From assembly GCF_037042905.1 (NCBI RefSeq), contig NC_087251.1, forward strand, positions 45,200,001 to 45,260,000: a stretch of DNA of 60,000 nt. The letters run 5' to 3'. This document shows, in pieces, positions 39,701-51,700 of this stretch (positions are counted from its first letter, which is position 1; each line of letters starts with the position of its first letter). The notes beneath the pieces were generated by a model, which was not told the DNA's origin, did no database searches, and worked only from the letters and a program-made list of their open reading frames with translations. Position numbers and translations under genes: made by a program. This stretch comes from Lytechinus pictus (Eukaryota).

Positions 39701-42700
39701 TGACTTGTAAAGCGCCAAATCCACTCTGTAGAGTGCCGAAAGCGCATAAAGAGCTAAGAGTTAAATGAAAGAGTTTTCAGATTTTAAAAGTCTCGATAGA
39801 GGTGCACTTTTTCATGTCTTCAGGAAGGCTATTCCACAAAGTGGGGCACGCATAAGCAAATGATCTTTCCCCCAAGTTTTTGAAACTTTTGGAATAACTA
39901 GGTAGCCAGAAGTGGATGAGCGTAAAGACCTGCTTGGTCTGTAGTAATTAAAAAGGGAAAGACTGTATTGTGGTGCTGATCCAAGAATACTATGAAAAGC
40001 AAGCAACAAAATCTTACTACATCCATTCCTTACCCATCCCCCCATCCTTTCCCCCCCCCCTTCCCCATCCTTTACCCCTTTTTATACCCACGTACCCATT
40101 GCTCAAGATCGCATTCTCCTCCTTGAGCTTGAACATACATCCTATACGTAACTGTGCCAACATGATTATGGGATCTGATGAGGGGTGTGAAAGAGTTTCT
40201 CTACTTTATCTCTCCAGGCCACACAACTAACCTAGACTGAATACGGCTTAGAGGATCTGCGAAGGACGATATCCACAAGCCACAAGTGAGAAAAAGTACG
40301 GCCCTCATTGGCGACAGTATGGGGGGAGAAGATTATCTTTAATTTTCAACGGTTTCCAAACCTGAATAACCAAATACAGATTATCCTAATTCCTAAAGCT
40401 ACCCTGAAATAATTGATAGGTAGTGGAATTGTATTCAAAGTGAAAATACATGATCCTTGCTTGGGTTTTAAGCTAGAGGATTATTCCAAAGTCATATTAG
40501 AGGAATCAACTGTATTTCAGATAATAGCCTTTCCATGTTAATATTTAAGACAGAATGTATTACAGAACCATATGTAAAGAACAATATCTAGATTTAATGG
40601 GTTTTTAAGAACACTAAATAGAGTGCAGAAAAGGAAGCTTCAATTATCCCTTGCTTGATTCTGTCTTCAATTTTGCATTATGTTTATGAGAACTGAGAGT
40701 TGAAAAACCTTTGCTCTGTCCTTTTTGAGAAAGAAAAAAACCCTTGGCATTCGCCACAAAAATAAGTAGTAATGTATACTTTTTCTTTCTGATGGTGGTA
40801 TACCGCATCAAATGACATTACTCTATACAAAAATCCATATTTTCTACTCTGCACAGTTAAATAGATTAAAATCAATAAACCACGATATCAAGATGATATT
40901 TTTGGGATGACCAGACCTTGTTTCATGAATCAATATATTTCAAAAGAGTAGTTAGAGAAAGGACATCCAAGTTCCAGGTGAAAGCACAATCAGCACAGGA
41001 GATACATGAGGGTGATGGGACGATTGAACCCCCATCTCAGCCCAAACTGCCTGTAAAAACTGCACAAATAGATTGCTTTTGGGCAACCATATTTTCAAGT
41101 CACCCCAAGATTGACCATGAACTAACAAAATCTAAAACTATTTAGAAAAATAATTATGCTACATAGAGCAGAATATGTTGATTTACTGCATAGTTGCTCA
41201 TTGAAAAAAAAAGACCCCTCCATGTGAAAGAAAAGCCCCCCCCAAAAAAAAATAAAAAAAAATAAGATAATAATAATAAACATAAAAATAATAAATTATG
41301 AAAAATTAACAAGTGGAACGCCTCTGGCAGTCTCGCCTGCATTACGCAATTTAATATAGCAGCAGTGCTAACTTTGAAAACTACTATAAAATAATCATTC
41401 ATATAATGACATAATACCACGTTCATTGACCATAAATGACATTTGAACGGAGACTTAAGACTGTCAACTACACCCATGTCCACATTTCATTCACTCTATC
41501 CATAAACTTTCTAAGTTATGATGGCACTTCAACAATTATCCCAACATGGCCTAAGTTTATTGACCTTAACTGACCTTTGACTTGGTTTTGTGACCTGAAA
41601 CTCACAGGGGATGTTCAGTGATGCTTGATTACTCTTATATCCCAAGTTTTATGAACTAGATCCATAAACTTTCACAGTTAGGATGGTAATTCAACAAATA
41701 TCCCCAACATGGCCAAAGTTCATTGACCTTTAATGACCTTTGACCATGGTCATGTGATCTGAAACTCGTACAGGATGTTCAGTGATACTTGATTACTCTT
41801 ATGTCCAAGTTTCATGAACTAAATCCATAAATTTTCAAAGTTATGATGGTAATTCAACAAATACCCCCAACTTGGCCAAAGTTCATTGACCCTAAATGAC
41901 CTTTGACCTTGGTCATGTGACCCGAAACTCAGGCAGGATGTTCACTAATACTTGGTTAACCTTATGTCCAAGTTTCATGGACTAGATCCATAAATTTTCA
42001 AAGTTATGATAGTAATTCAACAAATACCCCCAACTTGACCAAAGATCATTGACCCTAAATGACCTTCGACCTTGGTCACGTGACCTGAAACTCGAGCAGG
42101 ATGTTCACTAATACTTGATTAACCTTATGCCCAAGTTTCATGAACTAGGTCCATATACTTTCTAAGTTATGATGTCATTTCAAAAACTTAACCTTCGGTT
42201 AAGATTTTGAAAATAATTTTCCCAACATGGTCTAAGTTCATTGACCCTAAATGACCTTTGACCTTGGTCATATGACCTGAAACTCAGGCAGGATGTTCAG
42301 TAATACTTGATTAACCTTATGTCCAAGTTTCATGAACTAGGTCCATATACTTTCTAAGTTATGATGTCATTTCAAAAACTTAACCTTAGGTTAAGATTTG
42401 ATGTTGACGCCACCGCCGCCGCCGTCGGAAAAGCGGCGCCTATAGTCTCGCTCTGCTATGCAGGCGAGACAAAAATTATAAAAAGAATAATATAAATGAA
42501 TAAATAAATAAATACATAGATAAATACATAAATAAATAATTGAATAAATAAATAGATACAAAATAACTATCACCTTAATATGAAAAAAAAAACATAAATT
42601 ATATCTTACACTGGTACATAAGTATATACATACCCCTTTGAATCCTGTATTGATGCTAGCCTCCACCACAGCCAGAGCTTCTTTAATTTGTTTGGCCTGG

Positions 42701-45700
42701 ATGTCTAGACTTCTTTCAAGGAGGTTCCATTCTCTGAGCATAGCCTCCAGTCTTGGACCAAGACTAGATGCTAGGCTCGGAGACTGTTCTATGATGTCCT
42801 GGCCCTGTAACACCACTCGTTCGGTCTGGTTCTGGTGGGTTTGTACCTCAAGGGAAAATGCCTGAAAAGAAAACCAGAAGAAGAGGGACTTATTAAAAAC
42901 AATGAAAAGTTTGCTTGCCGCCTTATTTCTCTCTCTCTCTCTCCCTCTCTTTCACTCTTTCTCTGTTCTGTCAAAAGCTGACATAAGTGACACAAACATA
43001 CATTCATTCAAAATTCACATTCAAGGTTTATACAATTCATTCAATACAACAAAGTTACAAATTAGATCTTTGACCTACAGCAGTTCAAGATTACCACAAT
43101 GACATTTGCAATGCCCTCTTAAAAACTGGCTTCATTGGAATACAATCAAGTTAGTTACCAATATGACCTTTGACATGTAGTTCTTCTGACTAGCAAGGCC
43201 TCTGTCAGTGCACTGTCAGTGCACAGTCTTTGTACATGGAGTGCAGTGGAATATGAATATGAGATTCTATCTCTCTCATGTGAACCATAAGATCATGACA
43301 TATACTGTACTATGTCATAGTAAAGCATGTCCCCTTTTCAATATGTTAATGTAAAAAACATTTTCATATCTTCTTTGGATCGACGTACAAAAACAACTTA
43401 CTTCAATGAAATACTACATGCACAGTTTTTTTTTTTCTGGGGGGGGGGGCAAAAATATCTTTTTTGTTGAAGACATAATGGCCCGTATTCTCAAAAGAGG
43501 TTTCAATTGTACCATGGTACAAAACCATGGACTATGCAGATTTATTGCATTAACGCGCTTCATTTTACATGAAAGCGCACTTTGCCGAAAGTGAGCATTT
43601 CATTTGATTTAACTTTGTGTACGCGATGAAATAAGCATATAACTATGATTTAAAATCTGCATAGTCCATGGTTTTGTACCATGGTACATTAGGTCTTTTG
43701 AGAATATGGGCCAATATGTTAATGTCAAAAATATTTTCATATCTTCTTTGGATCAGAGTACAAAAAACAACTTACATCAATAAAATGCTATGCACAATTC
43801 TTTTTTTTTGGGGGGAGGGGGGCAAAAATATATTTTTTGTTGAAGACATAATATGAAAGCAAGGAGCTAAAGTGAGTTAGTGAGAGACCTGATTATGAAG
43901 GATTTTTTTTAACATTCATTTTCATTTTTATATAAAAACTTACTTTGAGGGAACGGATGCATACTTCAGGTTTAACTGATTAATTCTACTGAAATTTTCA
44001 ATTAAAAACTTTTATTGGGGGGGGGGTGAGGGGAAAGTCCCCATGTTATATACTACCATGACTCATGAGTTAGTATATGAATTTGAAAAGGACAATTTGT
44101 CAGACATGTTCGAACTTTAGGAATTAGCCTAGAATCCAAAAGAAATCAACTAAATGAAGGCAACATTGTCACCATTTATAAACATGTGTTATAGATAAGG
44201 ACGGTCAATTCATTGCACTTGCTCCATTGCCTTTAAAGTTTGAGCTCAATATCCAATTCCTATATTTAATTACATATTGTCCTAATCTGGATGGCCAATG
44301 GCAATGAGTGTTGGTCACTTTAGGTGGTTTCAGACCGCCTCGAAGTTCGCCAGTTCCAGGTATTCTCTGATCGGGAAATTTACCCCGATCAGAAAATACC
44401 AGGTATTTTGGCGGTGTGAAAGCAAACTACGCGTAATATCCCCGAAAGAAAATACCCGATAAATAGTAGGTACTTGGCGAAATTACGAGAACTTTCGCGG
44501 GGATTTTTCCAAGGTCGTGGGTATTTTGGCGGTCTGAAAGCAAATTACGGGAACTTTTAGCCCAGCGTGTCGTTGGGTGCGGCGCCGTGCATGGGTTGCT
44601 GCTGGGCTAGTGATTTTGAATTTCGCGCCTTGCTGCTTATCAGACCATACTGCGCATGCTCGTAACTTCAGGAACTTATCCCGAAGGGTATGTTTCAGGG
44701 CGGTGTGAATGCAGGAATAATTAATGGGTATTTTTCAGCCTAAAAAAGTTCTCGTAATTTAACGGGGATTCTTGTCATCGAGGCGGTTTGAAACCACCTT
44801 ATAAGTAGGATTATGCAAGTATGTGCGTCAGGCCAAGAATCGCCCATGCTTCAAAACATTTCAAAGAGAGTGTATCCCTGAACTTATTCTGAATCATAAT
44901 GTCTAGTCACTATACTACACTGGATATGGTTAATTATTACAGTAAAACAGTTGCCATGGTGAAAGAGATAATTGGCCAGACAAGATGGAGATTAATTAAC
45001 ACCTGTTTCTGAACAAGGACTGAATACATTCATCGACCCATTCAACAATATGCTTCAACTGTTATGTACAAGTGCGCCCCTATACACATACAATACACAT
45101 GTACATGTATATTGCAATTTTGCAGGATATCATTATTACAGTATTTACATCAAGCATGTTGAAAGTTGATACTATAGATCAATTTGCATGTGAAATATGA
45201 AAACACATTTTACTTGTAAGCTTGATATAATTATAGAATAAACAAAGTCTGAAACAATTTTAAACCTGCATATATACGCCCTACTGTTCCTAATCACAGC
45301 TAATATAAATCACTACAAATACAAGAACTTTTCTATACTTCATACATGTAAGTGTCCTCCTAAGAAACAAATGTATAACAAACTGGGTGAAGTTGCCTAC
45401 AGTACATGTATGTGAATCCCAAGAAATGAAGAAATGCATGTGCCCGCAGGCATGAATAAAACAAGAGCAAATTATTTATATGAAAATTGCAATTACCAAT
45501 ACTTTTATGTGTGTTATTAATATACATTTTCTTTTGTTGAGGTACAGGTTACATATCTTAATGGCATTTTGCTCTCAAACTACACATAATGAGGCCTCCC
45601 GGGAATGGCACTGACGTACATGTAAAATTTACAATGATGAACTTTAAAAAAAAAGGAACAAGAGTTCTTTCCTTAGCAACAGGGAAGAGGTTGGTGTACT

Positions 45701-48700
45701 ACTTAATCGTTCTACCTCCCTTTTTCTAAATGAGATTTGCTCTTCACATCAATAGATCTGAGCAAATTGACTAAACCTCAGTCAATTTTGAGTGTTTATT
45801 AACCAAGCTTCAGGTGTGCTGAAATACCATGAACTCCCAGAAATTATAAATCTTGTGAGGAAGTTCGACACAACATCATACACTTGTACAAGTATTTCTG
45901 AATCACATTATTTCTGCTTCGCCCCCCACCCCCTCTGCCCTTCTTTATTAGTATTCCTTCCCTCTTTTCTTGGATATCGAAATCATTGATTTTCCTTCAA
46001 CTGCTTCTTGAAAGAGGAAGTTCACCCTGGCGATAGGTTGGTTTCCATGAAAGCAGAAAAAATAAAGAAAATATCTGTGAACACCCCCATGAACGCCCGT
46101 AACTCAGGGAGTTATGAATGTTTAAATTTTAATTTGTGACGTCACAGTCACAGACAAGCACCTCCTCCATCCATTGTTTGACATGAATTCCAAAATATGC
46201 AATTTTATCAGTTTAATTCTGAAAGTTATGCAAGTTTTTTTTTGTGTGTGAATAAAACTAGATATATCATCAGATACATCATTTCATACCACCTTCTACA
46301 ACAGAAATATTTGCAGTCATCATTATCGATAAAAAATGGAATTTATGGAATTTATATTACATTAAATATATGTGGGAGCTGCTTGCATATGACATCACAA
46401 ATTAAAATGTTGACGGTTCAGAACTTGCTTTAATTCTTTATCAAACCTTTAGCAATATTTTTCTCTAATATTTTCTACTTTTATCAGAACCAACTATTGT
46501 CAGGGCAAACTTCAACTTTAAGGATACTAGTAAGGAGTTCAGTAATGAAAAGAGAATACTGCCCCAGTAGTCCACATCATAACATCAGCCAAGGAAGTGA
46601 AATTCTTCTAAGGTGATGAAATCAGTTTCCTGACTATAAATGTGCTTGCAATGAGTCATAAAAAACAAAAAAAAATAATCGTTCATATTTGGGGGCTACT
46701 TTTCTGTCTTTTCACAACCTACATTTACTGCCTAAATCTGCGATATTGGATAAGCTGTAACATAGCAGTTGATGGCAGTTTTCCAGGGCTCTTTAAAAAA
46801 AAATTGGGGGGCTGTTTCAAGCATATGGGGGGGGGGGGAGAAATAACTCTGAGCCCTCTTGTAATTTTCTCACCGAGTCATGCTATAAACTGCATAAAAT
46901 CTACATGGGGTCTACTTATGGGCAATATCATCCATGAAATGCCCAAAAGAGCCCTGGAATTATTATTTTTTTAAGTTTCAGAAAATTCCCATTCACTTCA
47001 TTGTTAAAGGACAAGTCCATCCCAACATAAAGTTGATTTGAATAAAAAGAGAAAAATCCAACAAGCATAACACTGAAAATTTCATCAAAATCGGATGTAA
47101 AATAAGAAAGTTATGACATTTAAAAGTTTCCCTTAATTACACAAAACAGTTATATGCACATCCTGGTCTGTATGCAAATGAGGAGACTGATGACATCATC
47201 CACTCACTATTTCTTTAGTATTTTATTTTATTAAATATTCTAATTTTCTCCTCTTTGTCAAGTGAAACAACGATTGATTCCTCCATGAACATGTGAAATT
47301 AGCATTGTTTAATACTATATGGTTCAGTCAAGTTGGTCCTTATTGTCAAATCTGTAAAAAACAATAGAAATAGTGAGTGAGGGACATCATCGACCATCTC
47401 ATTTGCATGTCACTGAGATGTGCATATTACTGTTTTGTGAAAAATAAGCGAAACTTTAAAATGTCATAACTTCCTTATTTAACATCCGATTTTGATGAAA
47501 TTTTCAGTTTTATGCTAGTTTGATTTTTGTCAATTTATTCAAATCAACATTTTTCTAGGGTGGACAAGACCTTTAATGCTGAATACCAAATGTTGCAGAT
47601 TTAGGCAGTAACTTGAGAAAAGTAGCCTAAAAATAAATTATTTTAACTTTGATTTTTTTGCCTGGTACAAATGTTTATGACTGATTTCTATATGTATATG
47701 AATATACATGCACTGCACTCTGTAAATAAATTGGTCGATACAAATATGGATTGATCGACCGGTTCACCTTTTTTAATGAGTTTTTGTTTCAATAGGGAGC
47801 AATTAGCAATTTACTGACATCTTGAAATTATCACTCCTATTAGCGAGTCTATTCAGGTGGTGACTCAACGCAATAGCTTCATTCATCAGTCTGCAGTCAC
47901 TCATTATTCACTGTAATGGAATCGGAAGTGTGTGTAGTCTTGACTCAAAGACTCAATGCTATCACGAAACTGATCATTTAGATATTCTACTGACTAAGAT
48001 TCTAGGACAAGATACAAACTGAAACCAAACCTGTTTCTTTTAATGTTCAGGCCTACTTTAAAGGTCAAGTCCACCCCAGGAAAATGCTGACTTGAATAAA
48101 TAGAGAAAAATCAAACTAGCATAGTGCTGAAAATTTCATCAAAATCGGATGTAAAATAAGAAAGTTATGACATTATAAAGTTTTGCTTATTGTTCACAAA
48201 ACAGTGATATGCACAACTAGGTGAGTCAGTCGATGATGTCCATCACTCTCTATTTCTTTACTTTTTATTGTTTGAATTATACAATATTTCATTTTTTATA
48301 GATTTGACAATAAGGACCAACTTGACTGAAACATATAGTATTAAACAATGCTAATGCCACATGTTCAGGGAGGAATTAATCGTTGTATCACTTGACAATG
48401 AGAAGAAAATTAGAATATTTCATATTTCATGTAATGAAATAGTGAGTGGATGACATCATAGTCTCCTCATTTGCATACCAGCCAGGATGTGCATATAACT
48501 GTTTTGTGAAATTAAGCGAAACTTTAAAATGTCATAACTTTTTTATTTTACATCCGATTTTGATGAAATTTTCAGTGTTATGCTTGTTGGATTTGTCTCT
48601 TTTTATTCTAATCAACTTTTTGTTGGAGTGGACTTGTCCTTTAAGTTTAGGTAAATCCATCCCAAAGTAGGTGTCATTCCCACCCATTGCAGGGTTATGT

Positions 48701-51700
48701 ATGCCCTAAAAACAGGTATGATGTGGATGATTGTGGAAGATATAAAAATAAAAATGTTTTTCATTTGTGATCTTTTTTATTGGTTGCCTGATCAAAATAA
48801 AAATATGTATATGAATTTCTAGGGGGGGGGGTCATATAAATCTCATCCCAAGGATATAGTGGTCTGAAAAATTCAGGATATATAATCTTTGTCTGCAATT
48901 TTCTGATAACCAATGAATAATGTTCATATTTTACAGTGTTCAAAATTCAAATTGTAATTTTTTAAAGAAAAACAAAAAACATTTTGTTAAAAATCAACCC
49001 TTGAGGAACATTCTACAGCCCACTGCTTGTACACTTTTGTATCAAGCTTGGCATGTAACTTGATTTTTTTTTGGGGGGGGGGTGTAATTCACATTTTTTA
49101 CCCTAAAATACTGTACCAATGCTTTATGCTTTTACAAATCACAGTAGGCCTGACACTGAATGAATAACTTAAACTACTCAAGCTATTTACATTCCACTGA
49201 TCCTGTGTTCCATAAACAAAATCAAGCCTGGAATGGGACTTTTAGTAAATAAATCCCTGAAAATGGGATCTTGCTTTGTCTAAAACACACTATTCAAAAC
49301 AACTGCAGAGCAACTGAAGCATAGAGACTAATATGTGTAGTCATCAAGCCAATTGCCATTCGTTGAGCCTGTATTGCACGCATGACTATGCTCTCGCTAG
49401 CCGGCGATCATCAACGCTTAACGAGAGGGACAGTATAGGGGAAAAGCTACTAGATTAGAGATGCCGACAACACGTGTGAGGCTACGTCATACAGAAATGG
49501 CTAGCGTCATCAGAGTACAGCATTTAATAGTCAAGGATTTATGACCAATTTCAATGGAACACATGGCTCTGCATGTTATCAATATATAGACATGTAGAGT
49601 CAAAATTACAATACATGTAAATACTGTACAGTGCATATCATGATGGGACGAAAATAACTATCAGAATAATTTCATTTACCCTATTGATTCAACAAATGTA
49701 TTATGATAGACTTGGATAATATCATTTCTAAGTGTATAGTTTGCATCATAAGTTGTAATATTTATAAATTAATGTACATGTGGTCCAAGTTAACAATCAA
49801 ACACAGACAGTTCTACAACTGTATATGAAGCATCCGCCCTCCCCCCCCAAAAAAAAAAAAAAAAATCAATGATAATAATAAAAGTGATAAATAAATAAAA
49901 CTAACACAAATAGTTCAAAATAATAACTAACATGATGTGAAGCTTTTACCATGTAAACAGTTTGATATATATAATATATCAGACTGAAATATACAGCAAT
50001 CCATTAAGCTTTTTTCACAATAGGTTGGATCCAAGAGAAAATAGGAATTCAAATTAAAATGACCATTGGCTTTGAATAAGGAAACTATTCATATCAAACA
50101 ATGGGTAAAAGTGCTTTTCATCATTGATGTTTAAATGAATACAGTGGCTCGTTTATTTGAATGGAATCGAATCTCATTAAAAATTCATATGGATAACGTA
50201 CAAAATATAACTGTCAAAAGAATTTAATTGCAATGATAAATTACAACCTTTGTAGTATATCATAGACATTGAATGACTTTATATTTGTGAATATATATTT
50301 TTTTTTGCACTTTTGGTCTGAGGGATAGCTGAGTCGTTTAAAAATAAAAAGGAATGAAAATGCCCTTTTATCTCCATTGGACAGAATAATAGATTGATGA
50401 AAAGTGGCTATGAATGAAATAAGAATTCATGAATTTACAATGAAATATAAATCATGTATCGATTGCAATAAAGCAAGCCAGTGAACTAGCACTGACACTA
50501 TCATCATATCATTTACATGTAGGCCTATAGTGAAAAGGAAAAAAAAAGGTTTTAAAAACTACATAGCCAAATACAAAAACTTATTTTATTTCACATTAAT
50601 TTCCAAAATTTGTTTAAATTTATGGATAACTTTCATGCAATCTGATAAGAATCAATAATGATGAATTTTATTTTCAATTTTATTAATACATGGAAGGTGC
50701 GTTGGGAAGAGGGGAATCGCCATAAAGTAATTGAATTTGATGTATAAATCCGTCTGCAAATTGGTGTCAGTCTACAAATTGGTACTGATACAATCTCCAT
50801 GACATTAAATAGAGAAGAATAATCAAAATTTCTTCTTTTACTTTACCCTTCATTTCCGAGTTATATTATCACTCACCAAATGTCTCTCCAGTTGAACCCT
50901 GATGCTGGGGATACCGTGGGATGGTGCTTGCCAACATTCCGTAAACTCTACTGCCTCTTTCAGCCATGTTTTTACTTGATCAAGTTCATCATTGAATACC
51001 TGCATTGAAACAATTACAGAGAACATTGAGAACGTGAAAATAGAAAGGGGGCTAGAATGAAAGTGTACATATTGTAGTGAGATTGTATACAGTACATGTA
51101 TGTCCATAAAACACATCTATGTTAATCTATGTTATAGGCCAGGCAAGCAAAATACTTTACCACACACACTTTACAGGAATGGTATATTTGGTATACATGT
51201 AAGTATGGCATTCAAATTACATATTAATGCAAGATTATATTAAAGAGAAAAAGACACTTTCGATTCAAATAGGCCTAATTATAATTATTTGTTGATATCA
51301 ACTGAAAAGAGAGTCTTTTCATAAAAATTGAATAATAATTCTGAACAAATCATGGTAGTTTTAAAGCATGTGAAGACTGCTAATTTCTTGTTGAAGAAAA
51401 AATAGGACTTGAATTTCATAGTTTACATGAAGGGTCAAAGTTTTGTGTTTATAAAGTCACTGGAATTATCATTAAAATGATGAATATAGGTTTATTTTGA
51501 AGTATTGTAAATATAGAGTTTATTCACATGCATATTTCTGATTCTTATTTCTACTTTCCTGAACAATCATTGATGATATTCTTGCAAGTCTATAAAGATC
51601 AAAAGCATTTTGTCAACTGATCTAAAAAAAAAATCCACATTCTAATAAAAGTAAAACAAAATATTAATATAAATTGTTAACATATAAATATATTAAAAGC

